Positions 1 to 12,831 are shown, counted from the whole stretch's first letter. The stretch is 63,085 bases of DNA, filler included, from Diploschistes diacapsis (GCA_023645945.1; 5 parts of 5 records of this genome joined end to end with filler, not necessarily neighbours in it), one strand, 5' to 3'. Translations and numbers: made by a program. The notes: a model not told the origin generated them from the letters alone.

Positions 1-436
1 GTTCCCATGTGCCTATGGTGCATGCTATCACTTGGGCACATGTCATGAAACCACACCGCAGCAGCACACACCGTCGTCACCTCCCCACACAAACACACAT
101 AATCAAGCAACACGATCAGGTGCCTGGGTGCTGTCCCTCACCTGACATAGGGGAGTCCGGCTGGGGGTGGTGTTCTGTGTAGAAGGCAGAGTTGGGGGAG
201 GCGTTCTCCTGCCCTTCAGCCTCCCCTTCAAAGCTGTACTTCTGGCGGCGGAACTCCATCAGGATGAGGTCCGCTGCCGGGGTGCGCATGTCGTCTATCC
301 AGCTGCGGGGGGGTACCTCTAAGGGCCTCCTGGCTGGCAAGCCTGTGGCCAGGTGTGAAAGGTCAGTCTGGTCTGCATACATGGCGAGACTTCATGCATG
401 CACCTTGTCCTGGCACTCAGAGCCAGTGTTTATGTG

Positions 437-525
437 AGCGTGTGTACATGTGAGTGAGTGAGTGAGCGTAAGAGTGAGAGAGAGAGTGTGAGAGAGTGTG
501 AGAGTGTGTGAGAGAGAGAGAGTGA

Positions 526-560
<35 letters not shown>

Positions 561-580
561 TGTGTGTGTGTGTGTGTGTG
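437..580. repeat. Compound (GA)n/(GT)n microsatellite
   Basis: Runs of gagaga, gtgtgt and gagt directly visible. Confidence 0.95.
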
Positions 581-1298
581 GTGGCGGGTGGTTTTGAGGA
601 GAATTGAAGTTGATCTTTTGCAGTACTTCTCATGGGTGCCAAGCTATTGGTATCCACTAGTATGCTGGGCATGCCAAGGCCCTCGATGCAGCGTCGTGAC
701 GCCATACACAAGCCCGTGTGGAAAATATTTGCTTAATAAGTTTGTGATCGAAACATCTGAATGCACCGCTCAAAAGCTGCTTTGAAAGCCGTTTCGACAG
801 CCTTTGGTATTGTCCTTGAATGCTCTCTGAAACGCTCGATACACTGTTCGGAATACTGTTCCAAAATGCTGCACCGAAAGGTCCAAAAGGCCTTCCACGA
901 GACGCCGAGCCAAAAGCTTCAAGAGGTGTTTTACAGAGGCACTCCAGACGCTTTGTTGTACGTACTTGAAAAACAACCTGTTTGGGAAGATTTCTTAACA
1001 AACGTTTCAACAGCTCGCCATGATTGACGCGAAATCTATGCGCCAAAAATGGTCGAGCCCGTGGACGATATTTTAGGTTCAGATCCTAAACGCGAGACTA
1101 CAATTCAAACAATATACACAAACCCGTCGTCCTCGACGCCCGGCCTTCTGGACTCCATGATAATTATCTGTCAAATTGGCAGCGCTAACCCCCCAAAAGG
1201 ACTTAATGTGAAACGCCGGCAGAACCGGCGCAGAGCTAGAGAGTCTAAGTACCGAGACAAGGCCACTGCCATTGATGTAGATGGCCTCAGTTACCACC

Positions 1299-2787
1299 TC
1301 AAGGTTGGTTTTGACCGCCCTGGTTCCGACCGCCCTGGTTCCGACCTCCCCGGCCTTGACCAGCTTGGTGTTGAGCAGCTTGGCCTCCATCGCCTTGGTG
1401 TTGAGCAGCTTGACCTCCAATACCTTGGTCTTGAGCAGCTTCGCCAATAGGGTGAACGCGGGGGCGGCGGGGATGTTGAGCACCATCAGCCCTCCGGACC
1501 AAACCGTACTTTTCGTCCCACCCGCGTCAGGAGGTTCCGAGTCAAGCCAAGATCCCTCTTCTGGTGTTGCTGCCCCTGCTGCTGGTTTCCATGGCCATTT
1601 CCACCCTGGCCCCCTCCATGTTGGTTTTGATTATGGTACATACCAGCTTGCCAATTAGCAGTTACGTAGTTAATTGTGTGAACAGTAGCAAAATGATTAG
1701 CAACGTGAGGATCAGCACCGGTTCTCAGAGCATGTGCGTAATGAGCATCAAAGTGTCGAGAAGCGTCAGGATATCCACGGTCATAAGCTTCACGATGAGC
1801 CTGAGGAACATGGCCTGGAGCAAGATGACCTGGAGCAGGATGGCCTGGAGCAGGATGGCCTTGAGAAACGTGGCTTTGGGCAGTATCGCCTTGAGTAGCA
1901 GCAGGGCCTCGACTACTACCTTGACTACTCTGGGGGCTCCCGTGTCTTTCGTTTGCCCGTGTCAGAAGTTCTCGAGGAATAATAGAATCTCTTTTAAGAT
2001 GCTTGTGCTTCTGGTGCTGGTCCCCCTGATCACCTTGCTGTTGAGCAGGCTGTTTTTGAGCAGCGGTCTCAGCTCGAGCTCGATCCACGTAAGCTTGAGT
2101 AGGTTTTTGTTGAGCAGGCTGCTGTTGGGCAGGTTCATATTGGGCAGCGGCCTTAGCTCGCTTTCGATCATTGTCAAGGTTTCGATCAGCATAAGCTTGA
2201 GCAGAGCTGTGTTGAGCAGGCACTTGTTGAGCAGCGTGAAGGCTGCTTTCCTGGAGGATAGCAGCTAGCCGTCGAACGGCTTCGTACCGAGCATCACCAC
2301 CTTGGCCACCTTGACCTCGACCAGCCCTCCTATTCAACCCGTGATTCTTGTCCGTCCGCGCTTGGAGTGAAGGATACGAACCTCCAAATTCAATCCCGAG
2401 ACTCCTACTGTTCAAGAGTTTCCAAGTCGCATCAAGATCCCTTACTATGTGATCAGGGTGCGGATGCACCGGCGTCTGACTCAATCCCTCAGCATGCTTT
2501 CCCACTCTCGATGCGATTGAACCAAACGCTCCCAGAGCTGCGCCGGCCACGCCCCCAGTCGTAATAGCCTTGTGGCCGGCGTATGTGCCGCCGGCTGCGA
2601 GCCCAACTCCACAGGCCGCGATACCTTCGCAGACCCATTCGGGGTGCTTCTTAATTGCGGCACCTATTCTCTGGAGCCCCGTCGGGCCCACTTGCTGTGG
2701 AGCAGCTTGAGGTTGAGCAGCATGGGCTGGAGCTGGACCAGCAGCATGATGGGCTGGAGCAGCGACATGGGCTGGAGCAGCAACATG

Positions 2788-2829
<42 letters not shown>

Positions 2830-3996
2830 TGGAGCTGGAGCTGGAGCTGGAGCTGGAGCTGGAGCTGGAGCTGGAGCTGGAGCTGGAGCTGGAGCTGGAG
2901 CAGGAGCAGCAACATGGGCAGTAGCAGCAGCAGCAGCTGGAGCTGGAGCTGGACCAGCAGGAGGATGGGCTGGACCAGCAGCAGGAGGATGGGCTGGACC
3001 AGCAGCTTCGGCTATTGTACTAAGGGTTGGAGCAGAGGTGACTCTTCTGAACGGGTTGCGAGATGTAGCTCTTCTTTGATTTCTGTTGTCCTGCTGGCGG
3101 TGACGACGATGGCCTCGAGCATGGCCTGGAAGAGGATAACCCATAATAAGTTGGTTGGGGGCAGGATGGCCTTCAGCAGCATGGATTCGAGGGCCTACGG
3201 GATAGCCTCGAGTAGTACTTTGGGCTGGAGCAAGGTAGGTCAGAGAAGCAGGTTCGGCTGATGGGACAGTATCGACGGATGCGGCAGCATCGGCTGGAGC
3301 AGGATGCACCGGAGCAGCGGAGGTTTTTGATTGCTGTTTGCTGAACCCACATCCCCTTCTTCGATTTCTCGGGCCCTTCTTCGGTGACTTCGGTCGGTCT
3401 GGAGCAAGATGGTCTTGAGCAGGAATGCCTTGATGGCCACCGTCTGAAAGAGTAAGAGTAGCAAGTAGTGTAGCAACATCATCATAAGCCCCATGAGTAC
3501 GGCTTGAACTCTTCGACTGGTCCCTTAGCTGAGGCCGGGGGCCCTGCGGAGACGGGAACCTTTGCGGAGAGTTTTGTCGTTCATGTCTCGACCCGGAGCC
3601 ACTCTTGCCTGACTGACTCGTGCCCTCCTGATCCCTAATGGCATTATCCGTGAGTGGACTGCCTTTAGGACGTTTACTCGGCGAGCCCTCGCCGGAAGCT
3701 ACATCCCTCTGCCGCTTGGGTCTCTTCTGAGGGGAACCCTTTGGGGGGGAATTCTGCGAGGGTATGTTGGTTCGAACACGCTTTTTCCTAGTGCGATCGT
3801 CTTTACTATCGGCACGTGCCTCTAGCTCTAAAACATCGTCGTCGTCTTGTGAAGCCCACCGCTGCAAAAGTCCGTAGTTCTCGTCCGCCAAGAGGTCTCG
3901 GATGACCAGGTCTTGGTGAATATCATGACCGCCAGAAGGATATCCCCTGACAACAGGAAAGGCGGCGATGCAGGTGCAAAGAAGAGGCCATCTCAT
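1299..3996 (-). CDS. Large secreted low-complexity protein, putative Kex2-processed multi-module precursor; 1-bp frameshift near 1517-1519
   Basis: 836-aa ORF (1486-3996) with signal-peptide-like N-terminus MRWPLLCTCIAAFPVVRG, a recurring LL(TR)x(D/N)(E/K)x(Y/H)G(LxxR) motif and KR/RR sites. Removing one G continues the frame as DEKYGLVRRADG...GQNQP* to 1299. Confidence 0.7.
2788..2952. repeat. Coding tandem repeats (poly-Ala and Pro-Ala hexamer) inside the secreted protein
   Basis: (agc)n and (ggagct)n arrays on the + strand encode AAAAA and PAPAPA on the - strand. Confidence 0.95.
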
Positions 3997-5679
3997 GGTG
4001 GCTCGAATGGCAAAAGTGTAGATGGCAAAAAGTAAGTTTCAGTGTTTGTTTTAGACTTGTTTTCTTTCTCGATTAAAGTTGTTCGGGACATGACTATGAT
4101 ACGTTGAGAGCCTCCCCTGCCTTATATGTGGCATTTCTTCTCGCGATGAGTTTGGTTTCTCGAAGACAGTTGCTGCACGAGTACAGCCTCAAACGTTGCC
4201 TGTTTGCTCGTTCAATCGCATGGCTGATCTCCCAAGCGCTCAAACTGGATACGGGGGTAGTAGTTCAAGGTGGACGAACAAGGCGACGGCGAGAGTCCTC
4301 CGACAACGGAAACAGTGAAGGACTGTAAGTAGATATAGCTTGAAACATGAGCCAGCGTTGCAAATGATGCGACGGATACGTTGTTAGTGTAGTGAATAAG
4401 GTTCGCATTAGGTGCTTAGTAGATGATGGAAGCCAGTTGATCCAACATTGCGCAAGCGTCCTAGAGAAATAAGCGACAGTTCTTAGCATTCATAAAAAGT
4501 ATCGCACATGATGCTGGGAAGAGACTACTACTCAATGGGGTGCGACCTGACTGTTCTATTTCTATATACACACGTACGCTGGTTCGAGTCGAAAAAACGG
4601 GTCGCAACCAGTGCCATGAGAAGTGAGAAGCGCCAATGCTGGAAGAATCACATACTTGTAGTGAATGGTTGCATGTAGAGAGCATTCTCCAGAGTCAGGG
4701 CAATTGTACCATTTTCAGAATAGGAAAGCTCCCTCCCAATCATCCGCTGGTTTCCCCTTGCTTATAGCATGGCGATCATCTGAACGGTCAGCAATCAAGC
4801 AAGCAAGCAAGCTGGGTGACAAGCTAGGGCTACTTTCTTCAGCTTCTTTCAGAACCTCCGTATTGGCGTAGACATCGGACGGTGCGCCGCTGTCCACTAG
4901 AAGCAATTGAGGGGGCGGAGCAAAGAGTTGGCTTGCTGGTTCGCCTTGGAAATGGACAACTTGAAAAAGAGCCAGGTCTAGCAAAAGCGCGCGAATAGGA
5001 ACAGGGAGCAAAGAGCACTCAATACAACAAGCCCAGCAGCAAGTCTTTTCTCTCTCAAAGAACAACACAACTGTATATAGGCTCTGTCAGTGCCCAACTG
5101 TTAGCACACCCCACTTCTTTCGGTGGAAACAGGACGAACAAAAGTGAAGCGAGCTAACAATTGACACTGGCCGAGGCTGTATGGCTGGGTACTTCAAAAA
5201 ATAAACCATAATATAATATTATATAAGAAGATTATATAAGATTATATAAGATTACATAATAAATGGCAGACTTGAATTAGCTTTCCTTGAATTCTCTTTT
5301 AGCTTTGAAGTATATCTGTCACGCTTAATAAAAACAAAATAAAGCCACGGAAATAACTGCAGAATTATACATCGTCCAAGGCAGGCCTCACCTATCCTCT
5401 AAAAAGCGGCAGCTTGGTCTTGAACCTGTCGTAAAGTATGATCCGCAGCACCCACCGCTTCTGCAAATTATAGACACACGAGACTTTTGTCGCCAGGATC
5501 AAGGATTTCAACAAACAACCCTGCTTTCGGTCAATCAGACAAGATGGGTCAGCAAAGAAACTTACCGTTGTTCCGGTTCCTGATTTTGGGTTTAAGCAGA
5601 AGATCTGCAACATCTTCGCCGGTGAGATCAATCACGTTCTCCGTGTTCTTGACCGTGGATAAAGCGCTGGATTCGATCA

Positions 5680-7357
5680 TTAAATCGGTCCCAGTATAGA
5701 TCGCAATTTATAACAGGCGCCTTGTGCATGAGCTCTGGGTTTTTTAGAGTTCAGGTCTTTAGACAGATGCTTCAGGGTACCTTCAGCGTCGGAATGAGGT
5801 TCGATGACATCCCAGCATTTGTGTTCACAAGCTTCTGTAGCAGTCGGCCGCTGTGCTGCATCCCAGCTTAACATGCTGACCGTCAAGTCTATTAGATCGC
5901 TGTCTTCAGGACATCTTGTAGCATGATTATGGAGCCATTCAATCATTGCTTGATAGCGCTTGAGCTCAATAGCCGCAAACCCACACTCGGCAGCTCCGCA
6001 ATAGCCAAGAATTTCCGCTATGCTATACCCAAAAGCCCACACATCGTTCTTATGCGCATATGGACCACCCGTTGAGACTCTCCATACTTCAGACGCTAGA
6101 GTGTGTCTTGGGCCAATGTACGTATCTGTCGAGGATTCAGCCTCAATGGCTTTGCCGTAATCAGTGATCACTGCTCGAGCAGGGCTGATGGAAAGAAGCA
6201 ACATGTTCTGGGGCCTGATCTCTCTGTGCATGATGCCCATTTGGTGTAACGTGCGTAGTCCCTGTAATGGCTGTTTCAGTAGCTGCAGCTTATTCTCGTG
6301 TGAAATTGCCTTCAAGATCCAAAAGCCAATGGAGAGGTCCGAAATAGCGAGCGGTATATAGATGGAAAACTTTTCGGGGAATCTGGAAGTCTCGGTCCTG
6401 CCATGTTCGCAGCATACATCGTGTATAGGCAAAAGACCTGCACTTCCCTAAAGAGAATTTTGTCAATGACTAATTCAATTGATTGTGGTGATTGTCTTTA
6501 CCTCTAAACGTTTACCTAACTCTACTTCTCTTTTGATCTCAAGCCAAACAGCGTGTCTTGTTAGCTGAAGCTCCTTGGTTGCTATTAATTGTCCTGTATG
6601 CCTATCAAAGCCGTGCAAAACCCAGCCACGGCTTCCACGGCCTTTGTCGTCAAATGTAGGTTCTTCCACAAACTGTAACGGGATCGCCAGGAACATATGA
6701 GTAGTATTCATAAATATCACTAATGGGCTTCAGTTGTTTAGCAATGAAGTTGTTGCGAAGTTTCAGAAACTCGTCTTTATGATCTCCCTTGATCGAGTAT
6801 TCAAGCTCAAACTCGCAGCGACCAGCTCGAAGCATAGTCAAGGGCTCGTACAACAATCTTTCATGTCCGGACTCAAGCAATTTCCAGCTGCCATTACCAT
6901 GCTGGATAATTCTACACTCTTGACACTGGAATTACCGAGCATCAGCAGGCCCGATTCTCGATTAACTGCTAATCTGCAATGAATGCTTGCCAAGGACTTG
7001 CTGTATCGATCTCCCGGGTTTGAAAGTAGCAGATCGATGAGGAAGCGATGAAGTACCGCAGCCTGCTCTCCAACCCAAATGCGGATATTCTGGCCATCGT
7101 GATTGTGCTAGCGATATAATGAAATGGCCCGTTGGTATGGATGGGCTGCTATCATTACTGGTACTCGTTCCATAGTAGATGTCACTCTCTTCTGGCTCAT
7201 CGTCCAGAACCGTTCTCTCGCTGTGCACCAGTATCATGAATTTCAGGTGAAATGAATCCTCATGTGTGGCATACATGTGGCATCGTGCAAAAAGCTGTTT
7301 AGCCAATTCATTGCAAGGTCGCAAACTTGCCTAGTCTCCAATAGCCTCACTCGTCAT
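5680..7357 (-). pseudogene. Degenerate Ser/Thr protein kinase with N-terminal FHA-like region
   Basis: ATG 7357 is followed by in-frame TAG at 7333-7331. Fragments lie in several frames (6962-7324, 6650-6880, 6475-6720, 5680-6432). Motifs GRGSRG, IATKE, HREIRPQN (HRD Asp to Glu), DYG, ASE (for APE), DVWAFG. Confidence 0.7.
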
Positions 7358-7417
7358 GATTATGATAATCTCTCGTTATCTTACCTTTTCCCTGAAAGAC
7401 TCTTTGACTACATCAGC

Positions 7418-8137
7418 ATGCCAGCGCCGACCCTCGATCCATTTCGATATCGTGTACCGCTTACGATGGCTGATCTCGTCAAGCTCGACCAGCAACAAAT
7501 GGCAATTCATCAGCTTTCAGTTTTGCAAGGGATAATAACCGAAGAAGAAGCCGGTTCGAGATATAAAAGGCCAAAAGAGCTTCGTGAGTCTAAAATTAAA
7601 CAGGATCTTCGGCTACCAGAAGTCATCGCGTCATTCTACGATACAGACACTTACTCTGAGTTTGAAGACGATGCGGTTCTACCTAGTCCACCTCCATCGC
7701 CTAAGGTCAAGCGTGATGGCCTGGATCTTTCTCAAAAGGCCTGGAATATCGAATGCGAGTTAATACGCGTGCGAGGGCGATATGCTCTGGAAGATTTTGG
7801 CTTCCAGAATTATGAAATTTGGAAGCAGTATCAAGTCAAACATAGCCAGAATATCCTGAAAGCGCAAGTTATATCAAAGGCTTGTCGTTTATGGCCAAAC
7901 ATCACTAGACGGTGAGACAGATTGTTTATAACATTCTCACATGTTATTAATTCAAGATATATTAGAATGACTAGATCTCAGACTCGCAAGCGTGGGCATA
8001 GATTTGTCGAACTTGCAGATAACGGTCGAAGCGCGCGTCAGATACCAATATCAGCTCCAAGACTATGTACCGTAAACACTGCTCAAACTCACATCGTGTT
8101 CGGAAATGCCAGTCGAGAATTAATGATTAGTCACTGA
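7418..8137 (+). CDS. Hypothetical protein (2 exons), divergent from the kinase pseudogene
   Basis: ATG 7418 (MPAPTLDPF...). A GTGAGA...TTCAAG intron at ~7911-7956 joins it in frame to RMTRSQTRKRGHRFVEL. Confidence 0.4.
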
Positions 8138-9319
8138 CAGATCAACGGTCAAAGGTACGCTCAAATGAAGTTTTTCTTAGAATACCTACCAAGGTCTTCA
8201 TTCAAGCTTCTGTATCGCCATCAGTCCTTTTTGCAAGGGCCGTTGCTTTCGAATTATGTGATAGAAACGGTCGGCTGCTGGACAATTTTGATACAATAAC
8301 AACCCATGAATGCTTCCATGCCCATCTAGATCAGGATTTGCTTTACCTAATTTCAGCCTCATATTTGGGGGCGAGCGTTGTTTAGGTAGCATTCTCATCC
8401 TGACAAGCAGAGGAACTTCGTGGAAGACATCCTCGAAAAGTTGGCTGATAGCCACAGTCATACATCCGAGCCTTTTGCTCTTGCACAGGACCAAAACAGA
8501 TAGACATCTTTTAGATATCTCTTTGTGTGAAGCCATGTTCATTGCTGGCCAAGTGCAATGTTAATTCAGCGAGGAAGCTAGGCGCGCCTGCGAGCATAAT
8601 CCGGTGAGAATGCACTGGCAGAGTTGTAGCACAGGATTATGCGCTCTCCCCAATCGGCAGTTTTCCTCGACTTCCAACCAGAATCTTGCTATCATCGTCA
8701 AGAAAATGCTCATAAGCATGGTGTCGCCTGTAGTAGCCGCCAAAACCTGATGGTCTGTGCCTAGAATCGCTTCATTGCGCTTTGACGCGACATGGCCAGC
8801 AGTCAGAGCTATGTACAAAACGGCTTTCAGAATATTAGGATCACAAGCAGACGGAAGGTGCCCACGCTATAAAGATTCTGGAACCCTTTTCCGGTTCCTA
8901 TCTATCGCTTGTGGTGATGCTTCAGCATAACTCTCTGCCTCGTAAAACAAACCTCCTTGAACCTCGTCACCGTTCAAGTCAGTTCCGCTATGCTTGACAA
9001 AGCTGCAAGGCGATATGTTGGCCTACAATGTCGTAATACCAAAGCGCATCATCATGATTACGCTGTATGAGACGTGGATTCGAGGTCGCTGACGGTAAAT
9101 ATTGGTACTAGTCGAAGTGTTTTGCTTCAGCTAATCCAAAACAGACCAATATGGGTAATCACGTGATGAATCACGACTACCGTGTTATGTCCGCGGGGAT
9201 AGAAGCGTTGAGAGAGCGCTTGTCAGGTGCCGGGCTCGTCGACTATGCATGCTTACCGCATCATATATTCCCTACAATACACCTACGCCGCTTCTCTCTT
9301 CCCTAGGATGCTTTCTTAG

Positions 9320-11403
9320 ATGATTCGAGGACTTGTCCGTACCTGCCCATCGACCAGATTCCCTTCACCACTATTCTCATCCTGCCCCTCCAGCAATTGC
9401 CCCTCCGCATACCAGGTCCGAGGCGCGAGACAAAGCCGGTGCACAAACCGAAGTACGAGAAACCTTACTTTGGGCGCTCCTTTACGAAGTCAATATAGTA
9501 TCATAACTATCGTCACCGCAGGAGCCTGTATTGTACTAGCCGCAACTGCAACCTTCTACGGCGCATCGCAATCGCATCTGCCAGAGCGGAGGCGAGAGAA
9601 GGCCACCGTTACGCTAGCGGATCAAGGATTGGCCGCAGATACTGCTATCATGTCGCAACCGGGCCGGCCTGGAAACCTAACCCCCGAGCAAGAAGCGAAG
9701 CTGAAAGAATTTTGGAAGACAGCCTTCAAAGTCTTTGGCGTCACAACTACTAGCTCAGCAGCCGACGATCTCCTCGAAGAGGTCGAGGATGAAGCTCCAG
9801 TCAACGGCAGCGGAGCCACACAAGAGAAAGAAAAGAAAAAGAAGCGCAACATCTTCTCGCGAAAGAAGAAGAACAAAGAAGGCAAGAGTGACGACAACTC
9901 CTCGGTAGTGACGGGTGCAGCGGATGCGGAAGATAAATACGGCCAGACCAAGGAGTTTTTCGAGGCGCTGCACAGCAATACTCCCGAAGAGCTTCACCGC
10001 GCCTTCTGGACAAATGTCAAACACGAGAACCCCGATGCGCTGTTGCTGCGGTTTCTGCGGGCGAGAAAGTGGGATATTGAGAAGGCGCTTGTGATGATGA
10101 TTTCGACGCTGCAGTGGCGGCACAGGGAAATGCACGTCGAGGACGACATCGTGAAAGGAGGAGAGGCGCTGTCCGTGGAGGAGGCCAAGAGCGAAGATAA
10201 GACGAAAAAGAAGGATGCGGATGACTTTTTGATGCAAATGCGCAAGGGGAAGAGTTTTGTGCACGGTTTAGACAAAGAAGGGAGGCCGGTTACACTGGTG
10301 AGGGTTCGCTTGCATCATGGGGGAGAGCAGTCGGAGAGGAGTATTGAGCGTTTCACTGTGTATACCTTCGAAACGACGAGGTTTATGCTTGTGCCGCCCG
10401 CGGATACTGGGGTTAGTTGGACTTTATATACACCAAATAAAAAGACAAGAGCTGATCAAGCATAGTCCTTACTCTTCGACATGACCGGTTTTTCCTTGGC
10501 CAACATGGTAAGACTGACTATCTGCATGTAGTCAGACAAGCTTGCTAACATGAACTAAAGGACTACACCCCCGTCAAGTTCATGATAAAATGCTTCGAAG
10601 CAAATTACCCCGAATCTCTTGGCGTGGCCATAGTCCACAAAGCGCCCTGGGTCTTCCAAGGAATATGGAAGATCATCAAGGGCTGGCTCGACCCGGTTGT
10701 GGCAAACAAGGTCCACTTCACAAACTCGATATCCGAGCTCGAACAGTACATCGACAAGTCCAACATCGTGAAAGAAATGGGCGGTGACGATCCGTTCGAT
10801 TACGAATTCATACCACCTCAAGAAGGCGAAAACCAACCCATGGAAGACACGGCTACGAGAGATCGGTTACAGGCCGGAAGAGCAGAGTCTATCAAGAATT
10901 TTGAAGAATTGACGGCGGAGTGGATTGGTGAGGGAGGAGCAGATTCCGCAGCCATACAATCACGGAGGACGGAGCTCGCGCAGCAGCTGATGAAGGGCTA
11001 CTGGGACCTGGATCCCTACGTGCGTGCCAGAAGCTTCTACGATAGAGTAGGCGTCCTGCAGCCAGGCGGCAAGGTGGACTGGTCACAGGTCGTTGGTAGA
11101 AAGTCCCCTCATACATTCAGCGGCACAGATGCCGGAAGTTCAGTAGCCGGTGCTGTTCCGGCTCAGACTGACGGTATTGCGGATTCCGGGGCTGGTGCCC
11201 AGGGGAGCGGAGCGTCAACGGTTGCAGCGGGCGTAGAGAGTCATGTAGCCGACAAAGCAGCAACCCCAAATGCGCCGCCACTAGGGAGCGGTGCGGCGGC
11301 AGTAGCGGTGGGGTCAGAAGATCAGGTTGCAGATCAGGCGGCTACGGCCGCACAGCACGGTGGGCCAGCGCCGGCGGGGCATGATCCGGATGGTCTTGAT
11401 TAG
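9320..11403 (+). CDS. CSR1: CRAL-TRIO/Sec14-family phosphatidylinositol transfer protein (Csr1/Sfh2-like)
   Basis: PGRPGNLTPEQEAKL, HENPDALLLRFLRARKWD, FDMTGFSLANMDY, FEANYPESLG, HKAPWVFQGIW, LDPYVRARSFYDR. Introns ~10412-10465 and ~10509-10560. Conserved start probably ATG 9650. Confidence 0.9.
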
Positions 11404-12553
11404 TTCTTGAGGTGAAAAGAGAGGTTATAGTGTACCTATACGTTGGAGAGAGTAGCACATGCGGCTGTGCATGAATGGTTACCCTCAGTCATCTGTAGCA
11501 CATGGTATGGATTTTATTCTTGCGTGTTGTATGTGGAGAAGCAAGGACTTGGAAAAAGGGTTTGTTTACACAGCTTTTTGAATATTCAACCCTAGAATAT
11601 CAATCACCTTGACGGAAAAAAGCAAAAACCATGCCCATACAGCTTGATATATATATATATCAAAAGAGTCCTTGTGGCCTGTATGTCTGAAGTATATGCT
11701 AAAAGAAAGATCTCCCATTTTGCAGAGAGAGGGTATGGTTCCAAAGATTGAAAGAAAGGGGTCTTTTGGGTCAGGCACGGTCATCTCTGGTAAAAGGCAA
11801 GAAATGAGTTATCGACTACCTGAACCCACCCCAACTGAAATTTTGCCAATTGTAAAATATAAAAGCATAATAACAACTCTGACAAATTCTGGCAAGCCTA
11901 ACAAAATTATCGCGACCTTCGCTTCTTCATTGCAGAGACCGTTCAGTTCCCCCCCCCCCTCAACTTCCTCAAAATGACCTCCTGCATATTCTGCAAAATC
12001 ATCAAAGGTAGGCCTCTATCCACTTCGAAGCCCTCCTGTCAATATACTTCCTTGCATGCCAAAACGAAACCGCCAGTAAGATGGTAATGTTAACACTGTA
12101 CTTTTGATGGTCGACTACATCCCATGGCTCAATCAAGCCCCTGTCCATGCCATTACTCTTTGACCTCGAGCCACCTTCTCCAATCCGTGCTGCCATCTAT
12201 TGCCCATTTCGTGCATCTTCCCATCCCCATATCCTCTACAAGGGGCTGACGCAGCGACCATGCAGGCGATATTCCAGCCTTCAAGCTCTTCGAGAGCGAG
12301 CGCGTGCTAGCGTTCATGGACATTCAACCCTTGGCGGTTGGACATGCGGTACGTCCATCCTCTTTGGTTTCCAAACCCATATGAACGAGCGCGCGCGCGC
12401 GCACAAGGAGGCAGGGCGCCTTTTCCCCCCTTCCCCGAGTTTTGTTGCGGCTCCGCCCCCCAGCGCATAAGCTTCTCTGTGCGCCCAAACCCCAGAACTT
12501 GTCGGGTTCTTCCCCGTCTGTATCTGCCCTGTCGAGAGGGAGGAGGGGCGGGG

Positions 12554-12653
12554 NNNNNNNNNNNNNNNNNNNNNNNNNNNNNNNNNNNNNNNNNNNNTTA
12601 ATTAATTAANNNNNNNNNNNNNNNNNNNNNNNNNNNNNNNNNNNNNNNNNNNN
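12554..12653. other. Artificial contig linker
   Basis: 44 N + TTAATTAATTAA (stops in all six frames) + 44 N. Confidence 0.99.
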
Positions 12654-12831
12654 GAATGGAGCTAGCCTCGTTCACGGTTGATTTTTTTTGCAATAAGAAT
12701 TAGGTAGTGCTTTTGAGCATCTCGGTATCTGTCTGCAAAGCAGGAACATTGCTGTCATGATCATGCAAAAGCGCCAGAGGGCTATGCGCTTCGGCTTTCT
12801 ATGATACAATATGGAACGCCTGGCTTTTATG

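Noticed and set aside
1079..1486. Separate 135-aa ORF with KLLNTK repeats
   Set aside because: Alternate-frame reading of the frameshifted Q/G-rich tail of the secreted precursor.
2572..3261. + strand ORFs with (SW)n, (LE)n and poly-Q tracts
   Set aside because: Antisense or alternate-frame shadows of the Pro-Ala/poly-Ala repeats in the - strand gene.
8198..9060. Possible trypsin-like protease remnant (ALTAGHV)
   Set aside because: Only the His-like motif is present; there is no GDSG motif and the frames are broken, so it cannot be supported.
12598..12609. TTAATTAATTAA palindrome as a biological site
   Set aside because: Identical in all four N-gaps; it is an assembly spacer.
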